IMG/VR virus record: IMGVR_UViG_3300024346_000006
DNA length: 64,000 nt
Source: a virus
Lineage: Duplodnaviria > Caudoviricetes
Direction: 5' to 3' (one strand)
Position 1 is the first letter of the stretch. Each line of letters starts with the position of its first letter. The translations under genes and the position numbers were made by a program. This document shows, piece by piece, positions 45,082 through 54,121 of the stretch. The notes under the pieces were generated by a model. The model was given only the letters and a program-made list of their open reading frames with translations. It did no database searches and was not told the origin of the DNA.

Positions 45082-45645
45082 TTATCGAAGCTGATAGTTA
45101 GCGTATACTTCGATTGAATCACCGACATTATAACGTGTACCAGTTCTCTGACTAACTAAAGTGCCGTTCACATCTACTGTTACAAAATAATGTGTAATGA
45201 ATGTTTCTTGCTGGTGAGTATAGGTTGTATAACACCTGTTTTGAATCTGAGTTGAAACAACTCCGCCAGGCTGATATACATTACCATAAGTATTTGGCAT
45301 CTGTTGACTTCCTATAATTCCACCAATTACAGCACCAACATTACGATTATGTTTTCTGGAGTCGCCTCTACCAATCTGATGTCCAATAATACCACCAATG
45401 ATAGCGCCACCAAGAATATTACCAGTGTTGTTATTTACAATACCACCACCGTTATAAATGGTTCCACCATTATAGACAGGAACACGATGTTCACTACAAA
45501 CTTGTTGTGGTACTCTGTTTACATGTGTGCCGTAGATTGGATCCACTTGTACAACTGTACCAATAACACCCTGTGCATTGAGGGAAGGTGCAGTGAAAAC
45601 AGCAACTAGTGCAACAACTGCAGAGAAGATTTTAAACTTGTTCAT
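45082..45645 (-). CDS. Exported glycine-zipper (YcfJ-like) protein
   Basis: Signal peptide; GGAIIGGIIGHQIG...GAVIGGIIGSQ. Confidence 0.7.
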   Translation of the reverse strand: MNKFKIFSAVVALVAVFTAPSLNAQGVIGTVVQVDPIYGTHVNRVPQQVCSEHRVPVYNGGTIYNGGGIVNNNTGNILGGAIIGGIIGHQIGRGDSRKHNRNVGAVIGGIIGSQQMPNTYGNVYQPGGVVSTQIQNRCYTTYTHQQETFITHYFVTVDVNGTLVSQRTGTRYNVGDSIEVYANYQLR

Positions 45646-45813
45646 ATATTTTTCCTCTAAAAGTTATCATTTATATATATGATACGACATTATACTATAT
45701 ATGTCAAGCACTTTTTACTTATTTAATCCCTTGAGAATCAATGAGTTACAACTTTTTTTAAAAAACCAATAGAATCAATAAGTTAGAGATCTATAAAAAT
45801 CAATAGGTTAGCG

Positions 45814-46221
45814 TTAATCCCAGAGGCTCTCAAAGTACCTGCCAAAAAGTCTGAAACCATTTGATAACCTGTCTTGTACTTCCGACACATTTTCTTCCAA
45901 TATAGTATCAAAGTTATCACGTTTGTATGTAAACGCCCAAATCATTTCATCCAATATCCAATCCCATCGTATAAAGAAATATGGATCTGTTTCACCATCA
46001 TATTTGTATCGTTTAATCCATTCTTCACTTGGCCTAAGTTCTTCTGGAACATCATCACAGTCAACATTCGGTGCGCCATGCTTTGTATCTTTCAATTGAA
46101 TAAGCATAGGTACAATAATGTATGACAGAGTAATATCCATCGACCATGTATCCCATTCGTGTATTGTAATCTGAGTGCCCAGTTGATCTATTTCTTCTGG
46201 ATGGGGTATGTGAATTTTCAT
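45814..46221 (-). CDS. Hypothetical phage protein
   Basis: Probable start MKIHIP; DTWSMD.TL..II.PML.QLK..KHG...LFG.YF..LWD. Confidence 0.6.
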   Translation of the reverse strand: MKIHIPHPEEIDQLGTQITIHEWDTWSMDITLSYIIVPMLIQLKDTKHGAPNVDCDDVPEELRPSEEWIKRYKYDGETDPYFFIRWDWILDEMIWAFTYKRDNFDTILEENVSEVQDRLSNGFRLFGRYFESLWD

Positions 46222-46239
46222 TATGAGTTCTCTAAAAAT

Positions 46240-46324
46240 TGGTGGGTGGGGTTGGATTCGAACCAACTCAACTTTCGTGTCAGATTTACAGTCTGATGCG
46301 ACTCGCCATCTTCGCCGCCCACCC
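46240..46324 (-). tRNA. trnY: tRNA-Tyr (GTA)
   Basis: Anticodon arm TCAGA-CTGTAAA-TCTGA, long variable arm, TTCGAAT, CCA end. Confidence 0.92.
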
Positions 46325-46330
46325 ATTGTT

Positions 46331-46418
46331 TGGTAGCCGCAGCCGGACTTGAACCGGCAAGGCCATTACAGCCGAGGGATTTTAAGTCCCTTGTGTATAC
46401 CAATTCCACCATGCGGCC
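46331..46418 (-). tRNA. trnL: tRNA-Leu (TAA)
   Basis: Anticodon arm AGGGA-CTTAAAA-TCCCT, long variable arm, TTCAAGT, CCA end. Confidence 0.92.
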
Positions 46419-46424
46419 AAACAA

Positions 46425-46622
46425 TCAAGTACGCATACTTTCTGCATACTCGGCTGCTTTCGTTTCGTCAATAAAAAACTTTTTAGTGACTACTGGTTTG
46501 CCATTTCGTGACCATTTACTATTAAATTCGGTCACTTTTACTTCAAAACCACAGACATGGGCGTGATGAACGATTGGGTTCACCTTTGAAATGGACTTAT
46601 AATCTTTTGAATACGTTTTCAT
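46425..46622 (-). CDS. Small hypothetical protein
   Basis: 65 aa, ATGA overlap with rnh. Confidence 0.55.
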   Translation of the reverse strand: MKTYSKDYKSISKVNPIVHHAHVCGFEVKVTEFNSKWSRNGKPVVTKKFFIDETKAAEYAESMRT

Positions 46623-47512
46623 AGCTCTACCATATTGTTATAAGTTTGATACTCTTTTTCTTTAAAGTTTTCAATTTCTTCCATAAGTAACATCATTCTG
46701 TTTTCGACAAAATAGTTGAAAACTTTATTCATATTACCTCTTGGGGGTTTAGTGAACTTGTTAAGAATTTTAGCCTTAAGTTCTTCTGGAACTTTAGACA
46801 AATCTACAAGCGCCTCGTTTCTTTTCCAATACTTAATCATGTTTGCATCGCAAAAATCCTCTGGTTCTCTACTCATATCTAACCAACCACTAAGATTCTT
46901 TTTGGTGATAGGTCGTTGACGGCGGTTTTCTACGAAAACCTCGTCTTCTGAAAGAAAGTTTGGAATGCCATCTGACTTATCTCCACGAATAATATGTTCA
47001 CGAAGATATTTTTTCGGATCGTACTCCTTAAGAAACTTCTTAAGAATAGGACTGTACTGAGAAACCTTTGGGTATTTCTGCAGTTGTTTAAAGTCCTTAT
47101 CACTTGATATAATCAAAATCTTTTCGCATGGAGCATACTTTTCTACAATCACTGCAATGATATCATCTGCCTCTGCACGTTCTTCTTCGATACACTTGTA
47201 AGGAAAATGTTCACGCAATTCACGTTTGACTTCATGCATTGTATTAAAGATCAATCCCCAATCAACACCAGAATCCTCTCGTTCTTTCTTTCTAGAAAAC
47301 TTATAAAATGGAAAAATATCCTTTCTCCAATAGTTTCTGTTGTCGCAACAAATAACTATATTACCATACTCTCCCGAAAACTTTTTCTTTATGTTCAATA
47401 TAGAATTCAAAATCATATGACGGATAAGCCCATCATCTATGTCATCAGTATTTTTTCCAACTTGTGTCATTAAATTGGAAATAATAACCTGACTTAAATC
47501 TATTAAAATCAT
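46619..47512 (-). CDS. rnh: T4-type RNase H (5'-3' exonuclease)
   Basis: ILIDLSQ, CCD.RNYWRK, EADDII, SSDKDFKQL, HIIRGDKSDGIPN. Confidence 0.92.
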   Translation of the reverse strand: MILIDLSQVIISNLMTQVGKNTDDIDDGLIRHMILNSILNIKKKFSGEYGNIVICCDNRNYWRKDIFPFYKFSRKKEREDSGVDWGLIFNTMHEVKRELREHFPYKCIEEERAEADDIIAVIVEKYAPCEKILIISSDKDFKQLQKYPKVSQYSPILKKFLKEYDPKKYLREHIIRGDKSDGIPNFLSEDEVFVENRRQRPITKKNLSGWLDMSREPEDFCDANMIKYWKRNEALVDLSKVPEELKAKILNKFTKPPRGNMNKVFNYFVENRMMLLMEEIENFKEKEYQTYNNMVEL

Positions 47513-47569
47513 AGTTCTATAACCTGTTTTGTTTTATTACTCTTAATATACCATTACACTTGTTTAATG

Positions 47570-48130
47570 TCAAGCAGTTTTTAAAACAAACCATTCGGGA
47601 ATTGGTCTTTTACTCCACACCATCTTGAATCTATCTTGTTTAGTCTGATAGAATGCACGATATGATTCTACTACATCTGACATCATACATTCTGGATTAG
47701 ACTTCATAGCAAGAGGTTGTTGTGTTTTGTAACCAACAGGAATATTTTTGGGGGGTGATGCAAGAATTTCTCTCAGTCGCAAATCAGCACCATGTTTTCT
47801 TCCATATCTAAACTCATACTCATCGCACAATGCACAAAAGTGTACATAGTGCCAATTGTAATTATTGTTTGATTGCATAGTCCATAAAGTAGAAGGATGT
47901 TTGTGATGTACTGCCTTGTACAACACATTCTCCAAATTACTATCTGGATGCACCCAATAGTCAATCATTCTTTTACCAGACTTAGATGGGCGTTTTTCTA
48001 CATAACCATCTAATATTCTGTGTGTAGTTGATAACATCTGTGCAGATTCCGTAGGCATCTTTACAACATGTTTATCACACTGTTCGATTGCAGAAACTAT
48101 AGGGTCTTTATTGAGAACAAAAATATTCAT
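47570..48130 (-). CDS. Pyrimidine-dimer DNA glycosylase (DenV-related) family protein
   Basis: MNIFVL..DP...A..QCDKHVVKM..ESAQMLST, H..HPSTLW, EY..RYG..H. Confidence 0.7.
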   Translation of the reverse strand: MNIFVLNKDPIVSAIEQCDKHVVKMPTESAQMLSTTHRILDGYVEKRPSKSGKRMIDYWVHPDSNLENVLYKAVHHKHPSTLWTMQSNNNYNWHYVHFCALCDEYEFRYGRKHGADLRLREILASPPKNIPVGYKTQQPLAMKSNPECMMSDVVESYRAFYQTKQDRFKMVWSKRPIPEWFVLKTA

Positions 48131-48209
48131 GAGTCCCTCATTTGTTTTAATAACTACTAATATATAGTAGCATCTAACAAATGTCAATAGGTTTTTTAAA
48201 ATAAGTGAT

Positions 48210-48776
48210 TTATATTGAAGTAGAATATTTGCATATAAAATAAGAATCTACGACATCTGATATGGGGTTTCCTATTTTTTCTGATTTTTGTGAAAATTCT
48301 TCTATAAGATTTCTTGATGTTTCATCGAAAAATGATTGATACATCAATTCTTTTTTTGCATTTCCTTTACCAGTTGCAAATTTTTTTATTTGAGTTGGTG
48401 CAACCAAAGTAACCTTAATGTCTGCTTGCCACATTTTATATTTTAGAAGTCCACAGTTTTCTGCAATATGGAAAACCTTTCCAGTAGAACCATAACTATA
48501 ATCCTCAAGAAATACTTCTTCAACTTCGTGAGATATTAAAATGTCCATTGCCCAATCAGATATAAAATCATACCTTTCTTCGGCAGTGACAAAACTGGAC
48601 AAATTTTCTTGTCCATCTATATTTTTATAATTGTAGTCTGAAAATTTTTTTGTGTTTGATAAAAAATATACCTTACAACCATCAAACTTCATTTTTTCAA
48701 TCTCTCCCTCATATACACATACGGAAGGAGAGGTTAAACTATAATCAATTCCTGCTATTCTTCTAATTCTTCCCAT
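48210..48776 (-). CDS. RuvC/RNase H-fold nuclease-like protein
   Basis: IAGIDYSLTSP, VFLEDY, IKKFATGKGNA.K, DVVDSY; late promoter at 48808-48815. Confidence 0.65.
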   Translation of the reverse strand: MGRIRRIAGIDYSLTSPSVCVYEGEIEKMKFDGCKVYFLSNTKKFSDYNYKNIDGQENLSSFVTAEERYDFISDWAMDILISHEVEEVFLEDYSYGSTGKVFHIAENCGLLKYKMWQADIKVTLVAPTQIKKFATGKGNAKKELMYQSFFDETSRNLIEEFSQKSEKIGNPISDVVDSYFICKYSTSI

Positions 48777-48922
48777 TCATCTTTATCCATATAGTCATCC
48801 TCTTCTATATTTATATAGTCTTCTAGAGGTTCACCACAGACTGGACAAAAACGAATTTGTTCAAAATTATGGGTTTCTATTGTATATTCCCCAGCACACA
48901 AATTACAGCCTATTTTTTGCAT
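48755..48922 (-). CDS. Small zinc-ribbon protein with acidic tail (55 aa)
   Basis: Manual translation: CNLC...FCPVCGE, then D/E-rich tail. Confidence 0.55.
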   Translation of the reverse strand: MQKIGCNLCAGEYTIETHNFEQIRFCPVCGEPLEDYINIEEDDYMDKDEWEELEE

Positions 48923-48934
48923 TTTTTACATCCT

Positions 48935-50170
48935 TTATGCTGTGTAGGCTTCTTCCCATGATCCTTTCAACCCTGCTACTTCATATTCAGTCACACGATT
49001 CTCAAAGAAATTAGTGTGATCTGCACCATTAAGAATCCACTCTAACCAAGGGAGAGGATTTTCTTTTACTTTAAAATTGGTTTTGAGTCCCAACTGAAGA
49101 AGTCTTCTGTCTGTTATATATCTAATATAAGTTTTTACATCATCGGAACTGAGTCCATCTATATCACCAAGATTATATGCAAGATCAATAAACTTATCTT
49201 CAAGTTCTACTGACATTCGTGCCATTTCATAAATTTCTTTTTTAAAGGTGTCATCAACAATTCTAGAGTGTTCGTTGCAGTATGTTCTGAAAAGTTTTGA
49301 AACACCCTCAACATGCATAGATTCATCACGAATACTCCATTCGACAACTTTACCCATACCCTTCATCTTACCATAACGTTGAAAGTTTAACAACATTACA
49401 AATGAAGCAAATAGTGCAACACCTTCATTGAATACTGCCTTTGCAAGTGCCAAACCCAAACCTCTCACCGTAGATGGGTCAGAAGCTGTCATAAAATCAA
49501 CCTTATCCGTCATTTCATCATATTCTAAGAATGCATGATATTCACTATCTGGAAGTCCAAGAGTATCATTGAGCAAAGCATATGCACGTTGGTGGATTCC
49601 TTCTCTTGTTGCAAACGAACCCAACATGTTGCGAACTTCGTTATTTTTAAATTTTGGAATAAAATGTTCAAAATAATTTTTACCAACCTCAACATCAGAT
49701 TGTGTAAAAAGTCTTAAAATGTTTGTAATATAATCTTTTTCAACTTCTGTAACTCTACCAGTTTTCCAATCAGTCACATCTTCAGAAAGATCAACTTCAT
49801 CCTCAATCCAGTGAGCCTTTTCGTGTCTAGTAGTAATCTCTACTGCCCATGGATAAAAAAATGGTTTGTACGCAATAGATGGTTTCATCAATCCACCAGA
49901 CAATTTTTTCATCATCTTTTCTGCGTTATTCATCAAATCATCATAACCACCAAGACGTTTTCCATCCACAAAAATTTGTGGCATAGAATTTACAGGTCTC
50001 GCAGAATGTGCAATAGTTTCCTTTACACCATTTAATCTTTGGTAAAATTGCAAACGCTGTTCTTCATCATCTAAAACAATTTCTGAAAAACTAATACCAT
50101 GGTCATCAAACCAACTTTTTGCCTTTACACAAAAGGGACACCCCGATTTTGAATATAACTGAACTTCCAT
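48935..50170 (-). CDS. nrdB: Class Ia ribonucleotide reductase beta subunit with N-terminal glutaredoxin
   Basis: YSKSGCPFC glutaredoxin; di-iron motifs (FTQSDVEV, EGIHQRAY, FNEGVALF, DESMHVEG); NFFENRVTEY. Confidence 0.93.
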   Translation of the reverse strand: MEVQLYSKSGCPFCVKAKSWFDDHGISFSEIVLDDEEQRLQFYQRLNGVKETIAHSARPVNSMPQIFVDGKRLGGYDDLMNNAEKMMKKLSGGLMKPSIAYKPFFYPWAVEITTRHEKAHWIEDEVDLSEDVTDWKTGRVTEVEKDYITNILRLFTQSDVEVGKNYFEHFIPKFKNNEVRNMLGSFATREGIHQRAYALLNDTLGLPDSEYHAFLEYDEMTDKVDFMTASDPSTVRGLGLALAKAVFNEGVALFASFVMLLNFQRYGKMKGMGKVVEWSIRDESMHVEGVSKLFRTYCNEHSRIVDDTFKKEIYEMARMSVELEDKFIDLAYNLGDIDGLSSDDVKTYIRYITDRRLLQLGLKTNFKVKENPLPWLEWILNGADHTNFFENRVTEYEVAGLKGSWEEAYTA

Positions 50171-50181
50171 AATTATCCTCT

Positions 50182-51942
50182 TTATCCTTGACATGCAAGA
50201 CATTCATCTTGCGAATCTTCTGTTGTTTGTTGTACGGCAAAATCTTTTAATGCATCTCTCTCAATTTTTTGTGCAACATTTTCTGCACGATTCGATGTTT
50301 CGGTTCTCAAATAATAAAGTCCCTTACACCCCTGTTTCCATGCCTCATAATGAATTTTATGTAGGTATGCCTTTGTTGCGCCGGCGGGGAAGAATACATT
50401 CAATGACTGTCCTTGACAGAGATATTTTTGTCTGTCTCCAGCAAGTTCAATCACTTTTAGTTGGTCTATTTCAATTGCAGTCTTAAATACATTTTTAATA
50501 TGTTCATCCAAATTTAAATGTTGGACGGAACCACCATTTGTAATAATAGAAGACCAAATCTCATCTGTATTCATACCAACTTTTTCAAGTTCTTCTTCCA
50601 AATAAGAATTTTTAATCAAATGAGAACCAGCTCTAGTTCTATGAGTATATGCATTTGCCTTAGATGGTTCAATTGAAGGTGAAGTTCCTGCAATAATAGA
50701 ACTATTCGCATTTGGTGCAATGGCGAGAAGATGAGAATTTCTCACACCATATCCCTTCATATCTGGGCATTCGCCCTTTTCAATCGCAATTTCTTTAGTA
50801 GATTCCACAGCATGTTCTTTGATTCTTTTGAACATCTCTTCATTTATAATTTTTGCATCTTCTGATTCAAAAGGAACTCTATGTTTATGTAAATATGAAT
50901 GGAATCCCATTGCACCTAGTCCAAGCGATCTTTCCTGTTCTGCAGAATATTTTGCTCTACTAATTTCATCTGGTGCATTATCAATAAAATATTGAAGAAC
51001 ATTGTCTAAAAATTTAATTAAGTCTTTCACCAAAGACGTATCTTTCCACTCATCATATAATTCTAAATTCAGTGAAGAGAGACAACACACAGCAGTTCTG
51101 TCATCCGATGTTGGTAAATGGATTTCATTACAAAGATTTGAACCATGGATTTGTAAACCCTTATCTTTCATAGGAGATGGTAATGCACGATTTGCCGTAT
51201 CGATAAAGTTTAAATAGGGTTCTCCTGTTCTATATCTAACTTCTAATATTTGTTCCCAAAGTTTACGGGCTGATGTTGTCTCTCTTACTGATTTGTCAGC
51301 AGGGTCAATAAGATCCCATTTTTCATTATCTTTCACTGCCCTCATAAAATTATCTGTAATATTAACTGCATGATGAATATTAAAACATTTTCTATTCGCA
51401 TCTCCTGTCGGCACACGAATGTTAAGAAACTCTATAATATCTGGGTGATCGATGTCAATATAAGCGGCATAAGAACCCTTACGAGTGCGACCCTGACGAT
51501 ATGCAGTCATATCCGCATCAACAGTCCTAAGAAAAGGAATAGGGCCTGGCGCCTTATTAGAAACCGACCTAACATGCGACCAGTGTCCTCCGACACCACC
51601 ACCTTTGACTGACAACCATCTTAATTCAGATGAATGGTCAATAAGTCCCTCTAGGGTATCTGGCACATATGCCAAGAAACACGAAATGGGCAACGCCTTA
51701 GCCTTCTCTCTGTATTTTGGAGCGTTTGACAATACTGGAGAAGAATACATGAACCACCCTCTAGACACTGCATCATAAATCGACTGGGCGAGTTTTTTAT
51801 CGCCGTAACTATACGCAATTGCAGCTCTAGCAAAAGCGTCTTGTGGGGATTTTTCTTCTTCTGTGCAGTAGTAGTCTTTTAATAATTTTAGGGATTGTTC
51901 GGAAAAGTTGGCATCTCGTTCATAATCGATTTTTATTTTCAT
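50182..51942 (-). CDS. nrdA: Class Ia ribonucleotide reductase alpha subunit (no ATP cone)
   Basis: PISCFL, GGGVG, SNLCNEI, AIAPNANSS, CQGQS, LYYLR, C-terminal CxxC. Confidence 0.95.
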   Translation of the reverse strand: MKIKIDYERDANFSEQSLKLLKDYYCTEEEKSPQDAFARAAIAYSYGDKKLAQSIYDAVSRGWFMYSSPVLSNAPKYREKAKALPISCFLAYVPDTLEGLIDHSSELRWLSVKGGGVGGHWSHVRSVSNKAPGPIPFLRTVDADMTAYRQGRTRKGSYAAYIDIDHPDIIEFLNIRVPTGDANRKCFNIHHAVNITDNFMRAVKDNEKWDLIDPADKSVRETTSARKLWEQILEVRYRTGEPYLNFIDTANRALPSPMKDKGLQIHGSNLCNEIHLPTSDDRTAVCCLSSLNLELYDEWKDTSLVKDLIKFLDNVLQYFIDNAPDEISRAKYSAEQERSLGLGAMGFHSYLHKHRVPFESEDAKIINEEMFKRIKEHAVESTKEIAIEKGECPDMKGYGVRNSHLLAIAPNANSSIIAGTSPSIEPSKANAYTHRTRAGSHLIKNSYLEEELEKVGMNTDEIWSSIITNGGSVQHLNLDEHIKNVFKTAIEIDQLKVIELAGDRQKYLCQGQSLNVFFPAGATKAYLHKIHYEAWKQGCKGLYYLRTETSNRAENVAQKIERDALKDFAVQQTTEDSQDECLACQG

Positions 51943-51958
51943 TTTTTTCCTCTTTGTC

Positions 51959-52972
51959 CTAACATTTTTTCCACTGAGAATATCTTAATTTTGCTTCAAG
52001 ATCATCAACGGTATTTTTACTTATAATGTCCATTAATTCTAAAGTGTCTATTCCAGAGAGAATAATGTCATTAATATCTTTTTCTTTAATTTTTTCTGGC
52101 CACAGTACAACCTTAAAACCATCGTTGATAATATTTAACAGTTTATCCGCAATTTGTTGATTTCTTGGTTCGTTGTCAAGGATAAAGACTACATCAGAAA
52201 AGTCACTGAAATATGATTTATCTATATCACTTCCTGCCATGGCAAGTGTGTTTTCTACAAATAGAGAGTCTAATGGCCCCTCTACTATATAGACTGTTTT
52301 TTCTGGGTCAACACGTTCCAACCCATAAATTTTTGGTACTTCTTTGATTTTTATTGTTATATATCTCATCGAAGAATTTGGATTGAGACTTCTACCTTGT
52401 AAGGCAATCAACTCACATTTTTCATTGAAGAAAGGTATAACAATTCTTTTATCAAACTTCTGAAGATTATATCCTTCTTTACTAACTTTGTCAACAATTG
52501 ATTTGAAGTCATCTGTATAGTATAATAATTCTTGATTTGGTAATTTTCTTTCATCACAATACTTTTTTGCTGGATGTGATTGGTGTAAGTCAGAAACTTT
52601 CTCTCCATAATCAAAAGAACACTTGGTTTTAAAGGTAGGAGTAAAGTCAAATTTATAGTCTACATCTTTTTCAAAGTTACCTTTAGTTTTACCACTCTGC
52701 CCGTCTTTCCATTTTTCAATCGCATACTCTTCATATAAAGATGGATTTACCTCTTTCATAAACTGTGCAAGGCCCATACTCGCACCACAATTGTGACACA
52801 TGTATCTGAAGTTATTTTTCTTCTCGTAGAGAAATCCCCTCATCTTATAAGTTTTCTTTTTAGAGTCACCACAAATAGGACACCTAAAGTTATACAAGGT
52901 GTCTCTCTTTTTGGTAAAACCTTCTAATTGTGGGGAAAGCCTTTGGATAAAGGTTCGGTCAATGTAAAGCAT
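51959..52972 (-). CDS. gp61: T4-type DNA primase
   Basis: NFRCPICGDS...YMCHNC zinc finger; TOPRIM VEGPLDS, LDNEPRN, KDIND. Confidence 0.93.
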   Translation of the reverse strand: MLYIDRTFIQRLSPQLEGFTKKRDTLYNFRCPICGDSKKKTYKMRGFLYEKKNNFRYMCHNCGASMGLAQFMKEVNPSLYEEYAIEKWKDGQSGKTKGNFEKDVDYKFDFTPTFKTKCSFDYGEKVSDLHQSHPAKKYCDERKLPNQELLYYTDDFKSIVDKVSKEGYNLQKFDKRIVIPFFNEKCELIALQGRSLNPNSSMRYITIKIKEVPKIYGLERVDPEKTVYIVEGPLDSLFVENTLAMAGSDIDKSYFSDFSDVVFILDNEPRNQQIADKLLNIINDGFKVVLWPEKIKEKDINDIILSGIDTLELMDIISKNTVDDLEAKLRYSQWKKC

Positions 52973-53047
52973 TAATCATTCCAAAATAAAAAAAAATAGT
53001 GTAGTTTTGTATACTACACTATTCTGAGCGGTAAGTCAAGTAGTTTT

Positions 53048-53338
53048 TTAACCCATCATATATATGTTGGCAACGATAGATGAGACTGCTGCAGCGAAAA
53101 TAACCCAAAAGGCCTTTTGAAAAATTGCAGTTGTTCTAGAATTTTCTTCTACTTTAAGTGTCAATGTGTCTAGTTTTTCAGAAAAACGATTTAGTCTCTC
53201 ATACTGATGGGAATACTTTGCTTCCATTGCTACCAGCTTTTCTTCTGCTCTAGCAATAGAAATCATCGCTTCGGACAACTTATCAATTTTTTCTTCAATT
53301 CTATCCAGTCTGTTTGCGGCTACAGTTTCTTGTACCAT
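53048..53338 (-). CDS. Coiled-coil protein with C-terminal TM (possible lysis accessory)
   Basis: RLDRIEEKIDKL heptads; AFWVIFAAAVSSIVANI. Confidence 0.55.
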   Translation of the reverse strand: MVQETVAANRLDRIEEKIDKLSEAMISIARAEEKLVAMEAKYSHQYERLNRFSEKLDTLTLKVEENSRTTAIFQKAFWVIFAAAVSSIVANIYMMG

Positions 53339-53366
53339 TTTTATTAAACCCTAAAAATTATTACTT

Positions 53367-53720
53367 CTATTTATTATTTTCATAATATTCTTTATATTCT
53401 ATAATTATTATTCTTTGTTCTCCGATATATCTCTTCATATCGTTTACAACCAATGATAAATTCTTATAAGATTCTTCATCGACTGCGAACAAGGCAACAC
53501 TTTTACCACCTTCTCTAAGTTTTTTTATTACATCTTCATAATTTTCTGGGGTCACAACTAAAAATTCAAAATCTACCCAATTTACAGGTTTTGGCATAGG
53601 AAGATTCAATGGAACCTTTTCTGTAAAAACCTGTTCTGTAACAACAACCTCTTTTGGCGTAAAGACAGAACATCCCGCCAATAAAAAAATCGAAGACATT
53701 AGTATATATTTATTCATCAT
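53367..53720 (-). CDS. Putative o-spanin (outer-membrane lipoprotein)
   Basis: Lipobox LLAGC, Pro-rich segment, directly after the i-spanin-like gene. Confidence 0.65.
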   Translation of the reverse strand: MMNKYILMSSIFLLAGCSVFTPKEVVVTEQVFTEKVPLNLPMPKPVNWVDFEFLVVTPENYEDVIKKLREGGKSVALFAVDEESYKNLSLVVNDMKRYIGEQRIIIIEYKEYYENNK

Positions 53721-54121
53721 TCATTTTCCACTACAACGTCTGAAGTCAATTCTTCTATTCCTGCCCTTAAACTATTTTGAATGTCTTTATTAATTATTCG
53801 TTCTACTAGTCCAGGCTTGTTCTCAGCAAGATAACCAATGTCGTGTTTTGATAATTTGTTTCGTAGAACATCAACTTCATTATTTAATTTTCTACTTTCT
53901 TCCGTTACTCTATTATTTGCTTCTCTGACTTCTACAATTTCTTCATTCAATCTATTAATTTCTCGATCTTTCGAATTTACAGCTGTCTCTAACAATACAT
54001 TATTTTTAGCTAGTCTGTCAACATCTTTCTGTAAGTTTTTTACATACAAGTAACCACCACCAGCAACCGATAGTAGTACTAATACAAGTGCAATCTTTGC
54101 TCCACTGAAAATGCCCATCAT
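53717..54121 (-). CDS. Putative i-spanin
   Basis: N-terminal TM plus periplasmic coiled coil, ENKPGLVERIIN. Confidence 0.65.
   Translation of the reverse strand: MMGIFSGAKIALVLVLLSVAGGGYLYVKNLQKDVDRLAKNNVLLETAVNSKDREINRLNEEIVEVREANNRVTEESRKLNNEVDVLRNKLSKHDIGYLAENKPGLVERIINKDIQNSLRAGIEELTSDVVVENE

Noticed and set aside
42399-46418. Suppressor tRNA or genetic-code reassignment
   Set aside because: Anticodons are CAT, CCA, GTA and TAA (Leu), and known genes (nrdA, nrdB, gp61, thyX, rnh) are full length in the standard code.
48935-52972. Introns or inteins in nrdA, nrdB or primase
   Set aside because: All three ORFs are continuous and of expected length, with no inserted endonuclease or intein motifs.
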